Shown one piece after another: positions 27,501 to 37,001 of a DNA stretch of 64,000 nt. The stretch lies in contig JBAXPM010000005.1 in the NCBI GenBank assembly GCA_037132235.1, positions 13,320 through 77,319 on the forward strand, given 5' to 3'. The notes below the pieces were generated by a model. It searched no databases, had not been told where the DNA came from, and worked only from the letters and a program-made list of their open reading frames with translations. Each line of letters begins with the position of its first letter. The first letter of the stretch is position 1. Position numbers and translations under genes: made by a program. This stretch comes from Paludibacter sp. (GTDB lineage Bacteria; Bacteroidota; Bacteroidia; Bacteroidales; Paludibacteraceae).

Positions 27501-27932
27501 TTCAGTTTTTTCCTATATTCTTCGCTTGGACGACTGGGATGGTCACATATGAATTTTAAATATGGTACAGGTTTCGAAATATTAACTATAAAAAACGGGA
27601 ATGATTTCTTAACTGATATACAAAATAGGTGGTCAAGTAACAATATGACTTCTACAATGCCGAGTGGATTTAGAAATCCTTACTTACTTGATGGACAATA
27701 TGCGCATGAAGATGCCTCCTATCTACGATTAAAAAATATAACACTGGGTTATAATTTTAAAGGAAAACTAATCAAAACAAATCATATAAACAATTGTCGA
27801 TTATATGTCGATGTGCAGAATGTTTTGACATTAACAAAGTTTTCCGGACTTGATCCTGAAGTAGAAAATAATAGTGCTCCCTATCCACTTCAACGAACGT
27901 TTTCAGTAGGATTAAATTTAACGTTAAACTAA
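24591..27932 (+). CDS. susC: SusC/RagA TonB-dependent transporter with STN domain
   Basis: DPLYVLDGFP, LNPNDIASIEILKDASATAIYGARG, ASYFGRVQY, NPDLKWETT, YPLQRTFSVGLNLTL. Confidence 0.95.
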   Translation: MKRKIITNPLKKTLLKGCLLLFLALFSTSLTAQITVDVSNKSLKEILKVIETKSEYRFFYNEGLKGLDNVVSLKVTNATIEKTMSILLENTEINFRLDKNNLVLLVAKIKINQSESKKINGLVTDEKGDPIIGASVMLKGEKTGTITNINGNFSIEASSQSTLVFSYIGYQAREIKIDSQTSLNVKLIENNRALDEVIVVGYGTMKKSDINAAIVSIKPEELQMNSASSLTQTLSGKAAGLTVLGGSAQPGGGQQVLIRGAASVGAGNDPLYVLDGFPVSNANIDPGSGTRYSQGDRNFLNTLNPNDIASIEILKDASATAIYGARGCNGVILITTKRGSNGFKVDYSGNYSVQTIAKRPVMLTASEQMTETNNYMYEEYLMRYKAYPYGTRDVSTLPTFKQKYTQDQIAAAGTGTDWYGLITQLGIINQQNISISKGSEDTKVLFSMNYFDQQGVIKSSGLKRYSGRLNVDQKLTSWLDFSISLSGSVVDNTNAALGGGENENSGIIQSALQYSPNTQAIRDDNGEYLLNPSQALIPNPLSFLDITDNTNEKRWLTNAFFNIHLNKYASLKLSAGMDDDKALRSLYLPKTFMYGKGQNGVASIVDNSKTDYLTEATFSYIRDFTKDHHFSAVLGYSFQQLNILGNSANTYDFFTDAFLYNKLSVGAGTPNVDSWRSQSVMASYFGRVQYSLLDRYLFTVTGRADGSDKFGKNHKYGFFPSGAFAWRVTQEPFMQEQKIVSDLKLRLSLGQTGNSNIGNNAYEYYAADGHNYYMSGIPTIGVGLIQLANPDLKWETTSEANFGIDFGFLKNRISGSFELFYKQIDDLLSSMPLMSNSILSSVPANIGKTESKGLELTINTFNLTGVLKWNTNFTLTSYRDKWLERNPNYILQPFEKAGDPINAVYGFIPEGLMQPGEVVSTMPQLIPGQMKIKDVSEDGKIDNKDMVLLGVNAPKFTMGINNSFMYKNFDFSFFLYSSLGRLGWSHMNFKYGTGFEILTIKNGNDFLTDIQNRWSSNNMTSTMPSGFRNPYLLDGQYAHEDASYLRLKNITLGYNFKGKLIKTNHINNCRLYVDVQNVLTLTKFSGLDPEVENNSAPYPLQRTFSVGLNLTLN

Positions 27933-27947
27933 TTAGATTATAATATT

Positions 27948-29426
27948 ATGAAAATTATGAATTTCAAACAAATAATTATACTTCTCTCAATAGGATTCTT
28001 AATTTCCTCATGCGAAGGAAACTTAGAACCAAAAATTTTTGATCGGGTTGCTCCAAGTAACTTTTATAAAACCTCTAATGATCTTAAAGCAGCAACCACT
28101 TCGATTTATTGGGAACTTAAAGAAAATGGTTGGGGACCTTACATGGTATCCGATGGTAGTCGGTTTATTATGAATGAGGTGGCAACTGAAGAATGGACAT
28201 GTAAATGGAGTTGGGATGCATTTTTAAATCTCAATTGGATTATTGGAGAAAATATGGCCTATAAATTTTATGGCTCAACGATGACCGCTACCACAAAAGC
28301 TACTTATGTTATTGAAAAAATTAAAGAATCTCCGGTTGAAGAATCTATAAAGTCCAAATATATTGCCGAATTGAGATGTTTGAGAGGTTATTTTGCTGCA
28401 GATTTATATATGTTGTACGGGCCATTACCCATAATTGTAACAAGAGATGAAGCATTTTATCCTACTTCAACCTACAAACCAAGCCGTCCTACTAAAGAGT
28501 GGATGGCAAGCTATGTGGAGAATGAACTGAATGAATGTTCAAAAAGTTTACCTATCACTCAAACAGATTGGGGAAGATGCACTAAAGGTGCCGCTTTAGC
28601 AAAATTGCTGAAATTGTATTTATATGAAAATAAATGGCAGCAAGCCGATTCAGTAGCATCAGTCATTATGACATTAGGTTACCAACTTCAGGGTAATTAT
28701 GCAAGTATTTTTACGGTAGACAATGAAAAAAATTCTGAGATTATTTTTGCAGTTCCATGTGAACCTAAAGACCAGTTTGGACTACTTTGGTTCGATAATG
28801 CTTTACCACCTGATTTCAAATCAAGTATCGGTGTAAATTATACCGCATGGAATGGCTGGCGAATTCCATGGGCATTTTATGATAGCTTCGAATCAGGGGA
28901 TAAACGGAAGAATCTTATTTTTCAGACCTATACAAGTAAAACAGGACAGACAGTAAATCTACGAACAGCTGGTGATGTGGGTGGATTGGCTATGAAATAC
29001 GGAGAAGATCCAAGTAATCCGGGACAATGGGCAGGCAATGATTATATACAATTTAGATATGCTGACGTACTGCTATGTAAGGCGGAGGCATTAAATGAAA
29101 TAAACGCTGCACCTACTCAGGAAATCATCGACCTACTTAATCAAGTTCGATCTAGGGCATTTGATAATTTTGACGCTTCAAATCACAAATTAAAATTATC
29201 AGCATTTACAACTAAAGAAATAATGCGAGATCAAATTTTAAAAGATCGTGGTTGGGAACTATGGTGTGAAGGTGTTAGGCGTGAGGATTTGCTACGACAC
29301 GGTAAATATCTTAATGTGGCAACTTCGGTGGGAGCTACTTTTGTGAGTGATAAAAATCTACTTTATCCGATACCTTCTTTTGCTCTTAATGAAAATCCCA
29401 ATTTATTACAAAATATAGGTTATTAA
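27948..29426 (+). CDS. susD: SusD/RagB lipoprotein
   Basis: Lipobox LISSC; RYADVLLCKAEALNE, DRGWELWCEGVRREDLLR, YPIP; directly after susC. Confidence 0.93.
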   Translation: MKIMNFKQIIILLSIGFLISSCEGNLEPKIFDRVAPSNFYKTSNDLKAATTSIYWELKENGWGPYMVSDGSRFIMNEVATEEWTCKWSWDAFLNLNWIIGENMAYKFYGSTMTATTKATYVIEKIKESPVEESIKSKYIAELRCLRGYFAADLYMLYGPLPIIVTRDEAFYPTSTYKPSRPTKEWMASYVENELNECSKSLPITQTDWGRCTKGAALAKLLKLYLYENKWQQADSVASVIMTLGYQLQGNYASIFTVDNEKNSEIIFAVPCEPKDQFGLLWFDNALPPDFKSSIGVNYTAWNGWRIPWAFYDSFESGDKRKNLIFQTYTSKTGQTVNLRTAGDVGGLAMKYGEDPSNPGQWAGNDYIQFRYADVLLCKAEALNEINAAPTQEIIDLLNQVRSRAFDNFDASNHKLKLSAFTTKEIMRDQILKDRGWELWCEGVRREDLLRHGKYLNVATSVGATFVSDKNLLYPIPSFALNENPNLLQNIGY

Positions 29427-29543
29427 TATTTAATATAACATGAATTTGTCTTGTATGTGCATAATCAATAATTGCCCAATACATTTAATACCCAATATCT
29501 ATATTCACATAAAATCAATCATTAATTTATAAATTTAGTCATT

Positions 29544-30545
29544 ATGAAAAAGCTACTATTTTCTTTAATCATTTTATTGTCCTCAACAATTCTTTTTGCT
29601 GAGAGTCGAATTATCTACAGTCAAGATTTTGAATCAGCTGTAGTAGGAACAGATCTGCTTGGAAACGTGCAGGTTAAAAACTTCAACACAGGTGGAGGTT
29701 CAGCATGGACTTACGATATTGCCACTGGGGCTCAAGCACTATCAGGTAGTAAGTCGGCACATTTAAATATTCAGAACCCAGGCAACCAATGGTGGGGCTT
29801 ACAATTTAAAGTTGAAGATGCTGCATTAACTACAGTTGGAAAAGGAATGAGCTATAATATTACTTTTAAGATAAAGTCATCCACAAGCAATAACAAATTC
29901 CAATTTTATGTTCAGACAACAAGTGGATTTGAGAAAGATATTACTGTAACTACTGCAAACGTAGCTCAAGTAGTTTCAATTGATACAACCCCTATGGATA
30001 ATAGTGGAATGGCCAATTTTCTTTGGGCTTTTGGTAGTAATGCAAATGTTGGAGATGTATGGATCGATGATATTGTAATCAGCGAAATATATACACCTAT
30101 AAATGTTTTTGAAAACTTCAATACTGTTGTTCCCGGAGCTTCAAATATAGGCGACTTTGATTTAGGAAATTTTGGAAACGGAGTATGGACTTTTGGTGTT
30201 GAACAAGTTGGTGCAGATCCTGCCAATAAATGTGCCCGATTGAATATTACTCAAAATAGTGATGATTGGTGGACATTACAATTCAAAAACACTAAATATA
30301 ATGCAGTGAAAGGGAAACAGTATGTAATTGGATTTCAAGCAAAATCAGATATTTCAAACAGTTTACTTTTCAGAATGGAAGGTGTTGTTTCGTTCGAACA
30401 ACGCGTCAATCTTACTAATTCATTTCAAAGTTTTTCAATCGAGTCTACAGCGATGGATACAAGTGGGCCAGTCGGTTTTATGTGGGCTTTTGGGCGTCCC
30501 ACTTTATTAGGTACGATTTGGATTGATGATATTACAATTAAAGAG
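29544..30545 (+). repeat. ~1 kb segment duplicated at ~39229..40230 (signal peptide and two CBM4/9-like domains)
   Basis: Long shared peptides such as DIATGAQALSGSKSAHLNIQNPGNQWWGLQFKVEDAALTTV, with matching nucleotide runs. Confidence 0.92.
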
Positions 30546-30806
30546 AAAGGATTAACCACTGCAGTTGAAAAAATCAATAATTCGACAATGGACAAAATCA
30601 GGTTCACAAAAGGTGAATTACTATTCCTGTCCGATACTCATGCTGAAGTATTAGTGTATGACCTTACCGGATCACTTATAACCAGACAAAAAGTTCAAGG
30701 AATAAATAGTCAAATACATTTGAATAATAATTACAATGTAGTAATTATTAAATGTGTAGATAAAAACGGAAATGTTTCTATCAATAAATTAATCTCACAG
30801 AACTAA
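29544..30806 (+). CDS. Non-catalytic T9SS protein: 2x CBM4/9-like domains plus CTD-like tail
   Basis: Two repeats with WW(G/T)LQFK...(N/G)F(L/M)WAFG...WIDDI; C-terminal VYDLTGSLI. Confidence 0.7.
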   Translation: MKKLLFSLIILLSSTILFAESRIIYSQDFESAVVGTDLLGNVQVKNFNTGGGSAWTYDIATGAQALSGSKSAHLNIQNPGNQWWGLQFKVEDAALTTVGKGMSYNITFKIKSSTSNNKFQFYVQTTSGFEKDITVTTANVAQVVSIDTTPMDNSGMANFLWAFGSNANVGDVWIDDIVISEIYTPINVFENFNTVVPGASNIGDFDLGNFGNGVWTFGVEQVGADPANKCARLNITQNSDDWWTLQFKNTKYNAVKGKQYVIGFQAKSDISNSLLFRMEGVVSFEQRVNLTNSFQSFSIESTAMDTSGPVGFMWAFGRPTLLGTIWIDDITIKEKGLTTAVEKINNSTMDKIRFTKGELLFLSDTHAEVLVYDLTGSLITRQKVQGINSQIHLNNNYNVVIIKCVDKNGNVSINKLISQN

Positions 30807-31034
30807 TAATTCTAATACAGTTTAATTGATGTTTTATTATTTGCAGTGGATTTATTCAGACTTAATCATGAGTAAAATTTATTTACTGCAAATATTAATC
30901 CATTTCAGTAGAGGAGACGAATATACGCCGACAAATAAAAATGTGTTATTTTTTTGTACATGAAGTATTATTAAACATTACATTGATATTGAATTAAATA
31001 ATTATTACTAATTAATCATTTAAAATTTACTTTT

Positions 31035-31814
31035 ATGAAAAAACTATTCTTTATTTTTTTGACATTAATGTCATCGATTTCACTTTTTTCTGCTAATGTA
31101 GTGGTATATAGTGAAAATTTTGAAAATGCAACAGTTGCTGCAACGACTATAGGTAACGGTGATGCCATGAATTATGGCGGAGGTGCAGTTTGGACTTTTG
31201 GATTGGAAACGAATTATCCAATTACTGGTTTAAAATCAGCTTATTTTAATGTTACAAACACCGGATCTGACTGGTGGACATTGCAATATCGGATTGATTC
31301 AAGATTTTCGGTTAAACAAGGTGTTCAATATAAAGTTACTTTTAATATTCAATCATCTGTTGCTAATACAATCGGGTTTAATGTTCAAGATGCTGTCGAT
31401 TTCAAACAAACTTTAAACTTAAAAGGAGCTTATACTATTGAAAAATTTTCAATTACAACAACTCCAATGGATAGAGACGATGCAAAAGCAAATTTTATGT
31501 GGGCATTTGGTAAACCAGGAGTTCCGGGAGAAATATGGATTGATGATATCGTGATTGAAGAGTTGGGGTCATCGGCTGTAGATGAAAATTTTATTGAAAA
31601 AATAAAGGTTTGGTCAACTGGAAATAAGCTTATCATTGATTCACCTGAGTTGTGTTCTGTTAATGTTTATAGTATTACGGGTCAACAAATTCTTTCAACT
31701 CCATTAAATTTTTCAGGCAGAACAAGTATTAATATTTCTGACAACAAATTTGTGCTTGTAAAACTAACATCTACAAATGGAGTTTCGAAAATGATTAAAG
31801 TTCTTATGAATTAA
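31035..31814 (+). CDS. Non-catalytic T9SS protein: one CBM4/9-like domain plus CTD-like tail
   Basis: DWWTLQY...ANFMWAFG...IWIDDI, homologous to the domains in 29544; tail VYSITGQQI. Confidence 0.7.
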   Translation: MKKLFFIFLTLMSSISLFSANVVVYSENFENATVAATTIGNGDAMNYGGGAVWTFGLETNYPITGLKSAYFNVTNTGSDWWTLQYRIDSRFSVKQGVQYKVTFNIQSSVANTIGFNVQDAVDFKQTLNLKGAYTIEKFSITTTPMDRDDAKANFMWAFGKPGVPGEIWIDDIVIEELGSSAVDENFIEKIKVWSTGNKLIIDSPELCSVNVYSITGQQILSTPLNFSGRTSINISDNKFVLVKLTSTNGVSKMIKVLMN

Positions 31815-31820
31815 ATTTTT

Positions 31821-31860
31821 AGAGGAAACAATTTTCTATTCATAGAATATTGTTTCCTCT
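31821..31860. other. Long intergenic stem-loop
   Basis: AGAGGAAACAATTTTCTAT-tc-ATAGAATATTGTTTCCTCT. Confidence 0.65.
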
Positions 31861-31875
31861 GTTATAACTAAAAAA

Positions 31876-33636
31876 ATGTCAGTACACCGCATTATTAAAT
31901 CTTTTGTTTTAATTACAGTAATCATTATTGGGTCTGCTTTTCATGTAGTAGCAGAGGGTTTCTCAAATCCAATATCACCCTACTTACCTGATGATTTTCC
32001 AGATCCTTGTATTGTTTATTATAATGGTTATTATTATGCTGTGCATTCGGAAAATGGATCATCTCAAATAGCCGTTTATAAATCAAAAAGACTTGAAAAT
32101 CTGTATTATGGATCAAAAACAATAGTTTGGGTTGCACCTTCAGGTACCGACCATTCTGAAGCAATTTGGGCACCTTATTTACAATATATACAAGGCAATT
32201 GGTATATATATTATACTGCAACTTCGGGAGGTGTGCTGAAAAATCACAGGATGTTTGCCTTAATGGGAAACACCCAAGATCCACAAGGCTCTTATTATGA
32301 TTTGGGCAGCATATATGCTACAAACACTAATTTCTATGCTATAGATGGGAAAGTTATTGTAAAACCAACTGATGGATCCATATATTTCGTGTGGTCAGGA
32401 GCTTCATCACTTCCAAATCAAAATATTTATATAGCACCTATGGGAGATCCAACGTTTATAAGCGGCTCAGCAGTTATGATAAGTGGTAGTGTCGCAAATT
32501 GGGAAAATCAGGTACATGAATCACCGGCATTTATTTATAAAAACGGGAAATCAATTATAGCATATTCAACTGGAGAATTATTGAATCCGGGCATTGATGG
32601 ATACAAGACAGGAACACTCACAAATACAAACGGAAATTATTTAAATGCAAATTCATGGGTTAAAAGTTCAGGTTCCCTTTTTCAGTATTATTCAGGAGTA
32701 GATGGCGAAGTGTATGCACCAGGTGCATGTCGTTTTATTAAATCTCCGGATGGAACTGAAGATTGGCTGATTTATCATGCAAAACACTTTAATGATGCTA
32801 ATTATAATAGAGAAATAAGAGCTCAAAAGTTTACCTGGGATGCCAATAATAATCCTTTACTAGATCACCCCATCCCATCAGGAATCATTATGGCAGTTCC
32901 TTCCGGGCAGGATTCTTTGCCTGCAGAGATTACAAATGGAGGAACCTATAAAATTGTAGCACGTAATAGTTCACTTGCACTATCTGTGCAATTAAGTTCT
33001 TCACAACCGGGAGCTTTAATTGAGCAACGGAGTTTTACAGGAGCAAATAATCAAAAATGGGTAATTACTAATTTAGGTAATGGCTTTTATAAAATTATCT
33101 CAAAAAATAGCGGACTCGCTTTGGGAATAACTAATAGTACCATTAATAGTGGAGCTACTCTGGAACAACAAACATATACTGGTCTGAATAATCAACAATG
33201 GAAAATATGTAATATAGGGAATAGATATTATGTGTTGACTTCAAAGTTTAGTCAAAAATGTATGGATGTAACTGGTGATGTTGTAACTGAAGGTGCTTTA
33301 ATTGATCAATGGCCTTTTTTTGGAAATTATAATCAGCAATGGGCTTTGGTCAATATAACAGAAACTACAATCTCTGAAACTTATTCTGACTTAAAAAACA
33401 GTTTGAAAGTTTACCCCAATCCAACTAGCGATAAATTATTTATTGAATTCAATGAAATTGGTAAAAGTAATTCCTATGAAATTTTAGATGTGACGGGCAA
33501 AACCATATCACATAATTCAACTGCTTTAGAAACAAAGTTATTAGAAATAAATGTATCATCATTCCATTCAGGGATATATTTACTCAAATTAATGCAGGAC
33601 AACAAAGTTTCATATAAAAGTTTCATTAAAGATTAG
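31876..33636 (+). CDS. GH43 hydrolase with ricin-B (CBM13) domain and T9SS CTD
   Basis: FPDPCIV, IWAPYL, AIDG, VHESP five-bladed propeller motifs; QxW repeats (NQKW, NQQW, NQQW); VYPNP...SGIYLLKL. Confidence 0.9.
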   Translation: MSVHRIIKSFVLITVIIIGSAFHVVAEGFSNPISPYLPDDFPDPCIVYYNGYYYAVHSENGSSQIAVYKSKRLENLYYGSKTIVWVAPSGTDHSEAIWAPYLQYIQGNWYIYYTATSGGVLKNHRMFALMGNTQDPQGSYYDLGSIYATNTNFYAIDGKVIVKPTDGSIYFVWSGASSLPNQNIYIAPMGDPTFISGSAVMISGSVANWENQVHESPAFIYKNGKSIIAYSTGELLNPGIDGYKTGTLTNTNGNYLNANSWVKSSGSLFQYYSGVDGEVYAPGACRFIKSPDGTEDWLIYHAKHFNDANYNREIRAQKFTWDANNNPLLDHPIPSGIIMAVPSGQDSLPAEITNGGTYKIVARNSSLALSVQLSSSQPGALIEQRSFTGANNQKWVITNLGNGFYKIISKNSGLALGITNSTINSGATLEQQTYTGLNNQQWKICNIGNRYYVLTSKFSQKCMDVTGDVVTEGALIDQWPFFGNYNQQWALVNITETTISETYSDLKNSLKVYPNPTSDKLFIEFNEIGKSNSYEILDVTGKTISHNSTALETKLLEINVSSFHSGIYLLKLMQDNKVSYKSFIKD

Positions 33637-33767
33637 TATCAAACAGCTTTAAATAAGTTTAAGATGTTGATTTATTTTACATAACAATTATGAATACAGG
33701 CAATTACATATTACGTTGATAATTTGTCCTGCAATATCCATAAGACTTGTCAAAAACAATTAGTTTC

Positions 33768-34757
33768 ATGAAAAATGTTTTTATAATCTCACTACTTTTT
33801 ATCGGTTTAAATTGTTCATGCAATCCAAAAACGAATGAGCCACAAATTAATCCAAAAGATACTACCACAAACCAGGTAGATAAAAGTTATAATATTGACA
33901 TTAAGGATTTTAAAATGAGAGATCCATTTGTGTTTGTTGATACAATCGGGAAACGATATTTAATACACGCAAGTGCAGGTAATAACAAAACATTGATAGT
34001 ATATGAGAGTAAAAATCTAACAAAGTGGAAGCTACTTGGAACATCCTTTACTGCACCATCAAATTTTTGGGGAAAACTCGATTTTTGGGCTCCTGACATG
34101 TTTGAATACAAGGGAAAGTATTATATAACTGCAACGTTTAGTGCCAGTAATGTGAATAGAGCTTGTGCTATTTTGGTTTCAGATTTACCGGAGGGTCCAT
34201 ATCTCCCACTTGTTAATAATCCTATTACTCCAAGCAGTTGGGCAAGTTTGGATGCAACCATTTATATTGACAATGGACAACCCTATTTACTTTATTGTCG
34301 TGAATGGCTTGAAGTAGTAGATGGACAAATTTATATTCAGAAGTTAAGCGACGATTTAAGCAAAACGATTGGAGATCCACAGTTGTTATTTAGTGCTACA
34401 TCAGCAAATTGGGTAGGAGCGATAACTTCTGGTAATGGTATTACTGGTCAGGTAACAGATGCACCTTTCATATATAAAACTTCTGAAAATAAACTTATTA
34501 TGATATGGTCGAGCTTTGCAAAAAGTAATGGTAAATATAGTATTGGATTAGCTCGTTCAACCTCAGGTTTGATAACCGGCCCATGGGTTCAGGATCCAAA
34601 TCCTCTTAACAATGATGATGGTGGACATGCAATGATATTTAAAAGTTTTGATGGAAGAACAAAAATATCATACCATTCACCCAATACTTATCCTAATTAT
34701 GTAACTATATATGATTTAGATTTATACCAAGGTAATGTAACAATTATAAATCAATAA
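33768..34757 (+). CDS. GH43 lipoprotein
   Basis: ATG 33768 with Cys lipobox (LNCSC); MRDPFV, FWAPDM, SLDATIY, VTDAPF, GGHAMIF. Confidence 0.88.
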   Translation: MKNVFIISLLFIGLNCSCNPKTNEPQINPKDTTTNQVDKSYNIDIKDFKMRDPFVFVDTIGKRYLIHASAGNNKTLIVYESKNLTKWKLLGTSFTAPSNFWGKLDFWAPDMFEYKGKYYITATFSASNVNRACAILVSDLPEGPYLPLVNNPITPSSWASLDATIYIDNGQPYLLYCREWLEVVDGQIYIQKLSDDLSKTIGDPQLLFSATSANWVGAITSGNGITGQVTDAPFIYKTSENKLIMIWSSFAKSNGKYSIGLARSTSGLITGPWVQDPNPLNNDDGGHAMIFKSFDGRTKISYHSPNTYPNYVTIYDLDLYQGNVTIINQ

Positions 34758-34759
34758 AC

Positions 34760-36961
34760 ATGATATTCAAAAAGTCATTAATAATTATTTCCTTTATTAC
34801 AGGATTTTTTTCTGTTCATGCATCAAACTCATTGATTCCGGTCGAATGTTCAAAAATCAGTTTAATATTAAGAAAGGAAAGCAATGATAGAATTACTATA
34901 GTATTTTTTGGAGATAAATTTGATGGATCCAGTTCACTTTTAAATAAGCACTTTAAAGACCGACCTGATACTGATGAAGAATTCACACCGGTATTATTTC
35001 CTGCTTATGGAGGCAGAAATTATTTGGAGCCGATTTTGAAACTTACCCATTCTGATGGTTCTGAAACTTGTGAGATAAAGTTTGATTCCATAGTTCAAAC
35101 TAAAATCAGCCAAAATATAAAAAGAACGACAATCCTCTTAAGTGATAAAGTTTATAAGTTAAATGTAGCTGTGATTTTTGATGCTTATTGGAACGAAAAT
35201 ATTATTACGCAACAAATAAAAATTTCGAATAACGAAAAAGGCAATGTCACATTAGAGCGGTTTTATTCATCGTATTTACCTGTTTCAGCATCGCAATATT
35301 ACTTAACTCATTTTAATGGCACCTGGGCGAATGAAATGCAAATTCATCAATCGTTATTGACACAAGGCACTACTGTTATTGAATCGAAGAAAGAAGTTCG
35401 TGCAACACAATCAGAAAATCCATCTTTTATACTTTCTCTTGATAAAGAAGTCCAACCGGATTGTGGAGAGGTAATTCTTGGTGCGTTAGCATGGTCAGGT
35501 AATTATAAAATCAATTTTGAACTTGATGAATGCAACACTTTAAATATTCTCTCCGGAATAAATCCTTTTGCTTCTTCGTATCGTTTAGCCCCTAAACAGG
35601 TTTTGTCAACACCTCAAATGATATGGACTTATAGCAGTTCGGGATATGGACAAGCGTCAAGAAATATGCATGATTGGGCTCGTAACTATGCCTTACGTGG
35701 TGGGGATCAACCTGGCAAAATAGTTTTAAATAGTTGGGAAGGTGCCTATTTTTCATTTGATGAGAAAGTAATAAAAGGCATGATTGATAATGCAGCCGAA
35801 ATGGGTATTGAAACTTTTGTATTGGATGATGGCTGGTTTGGAAATGAATTTCCCCGCAATTCTGATAATCAAGGCTTAGGCGATTGGCAGGTTAACCAGA
35901 AGAAACTACCGAATGGAATTAATGATTTGGCAGATTATGCAGTATCGAAAGGACTAAAATTTGGAATCTGGATTGAACCGGAAATGGTTAATCCGAAAAG
36001 TAATTTAGCAAAACAAAAACCCGGATGGATCGTAAAGAGCCCTGATAGAGATATACCTACTTTACGTAATCAATGGTTGTTAGATTTAACCAATCCTGAA
36101 GTTCAAAACTATGTTTATTCCGTATTTAAAAATACAATTCAACTTTCTCCAAATATCTCTTACGTCAAGTGGGATGCAAATAGACATATTGAGAGTTTTG
36201 GTTCCACCTATTTACCGGCAAAAGAGCAAAGTCGTTTTTGGATTGAATATGTAAAAGGTCTTTATTCTGTTTATGAGCGGATTAATAAAGATTTTCCAAC
36301 CATAGAGATTCAATTATGCTCTTCCGGTGGAGGAAGATTAGAATATGGAGCATTGCCTTTTCACAATGAATTTTGGGCTAGCGATAATACAGATCCTTTT
36401 TCCCGATTATATATTCAGTTTGCAACGAATCTGATTTATCCACCAAAAGCAACTGCTTCACATGTAACCATTAGTCCGAATCATCAGACAGGGAATACAT
36501 CGTCTATAAAATTTAGATTTGATGTAGCCATGATGGGAAGGTTAGGTATTGAACTTCAACCAAAAGACTTATCAATAAATGAGCTGAACTTTGTAAAACA
36601 GTCGATTGCGACCTATAAAAAATTAAGACCTATTGTTGATTTTGGAGATTGGTATCCTCTTCGCAGCCCATATAATTCAGATAAATATTCAGCAACACAA
36701 TTTGTCTCAAAAGACAAAAAAGAATCTTTATTATTCGCATTCAGTTTAGATTTTCATCCCCGAACTTTTATGCCAAATTTTAAATTAGCCGGTTTGGATA
36801 AAGATAAGGAATACAAAATTATAGAACAAAATATTTTAAATAAACAATCTTTCTGGGGTAATAATATGTCTTTTACGGGAGATTATTTGATGACTGTTGG
36901 TGTAAATCTCAACATCCTTTTAAGAGGAGAAAGTACTTTACTATACCTTCAGGAGCAATAA
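34760..36961 (+). CDS. GH36 alpha-galactosidase
   Basis: LNSWEGAYF, FVLDDGWFG, LGDW, FGIWIEPEMVN, YVKWDANR, CSSGGGR, WASDNTD. Confidence 0.93.
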   Translation: MIFKKSLIIISFITGFFSVHASNSLIPVECSKISLILRKESNDRITIVFFGDKFDGSSSLLNKHFKDRPDTDEEFTPVLFPAYGGRNYLEPILKLTHSDGSETCEIKFDSIVQTKISQNIKRTTILLSDKVYKLNVAVIFDAYWNENIITQQIKISNNEKGNVTLERFYSSYLPVSASQYYLTHFNGTWANEMQIHQSLLTQGTTVIESKKEVRATQSENPSFILSLDKEVQPDCGEVILGALAWSGNYKINFELDECNTLNILSGINPFASSYRLAPKQVLSTPQMIWTYSSSGYGQASRNMHDWARNYALRGGDQPGKIVLNSWEGAYFSFDEKVIKGMIDNAAEMGIETFVLDDGWFGNEFPRNSDNQGLGDWQVNQKKLPNGINDLADYAVSKGLKFGIWIEPEMVNPKSNLAKQKPGWIVKSPDRDIPTLRNQWLLDLTNPEVQNYVYSVFKNTIQLSPNISYVKWDANRHIESFGSTYLPAKEQSRFWIEYVKGLYSVYERINKDFPTIEIQLCSSGGGRLEYGALPFHNEFWASDNTDPFSRLYIQFATNLIYPPKATASHVTISPNHQTGNTSSIKFRFDVAMMGRLGIELQPKDLSINELNFVKQSIATYKKLRPIVDFGDWYPLRSPYNSDKYSATQFVSKDKKESLLFAFSLDFHPRTFMPNFKLAGLDKDKEYKIIEQNILNKQSFWGNNMSFTGDYLMTVGVNLNILLRGESTLLYLQEQ

Positions 36962-37001
36962 TCTATTATTCAAAATTCAACTAATAATCTTTTATTCTTT
37001 T

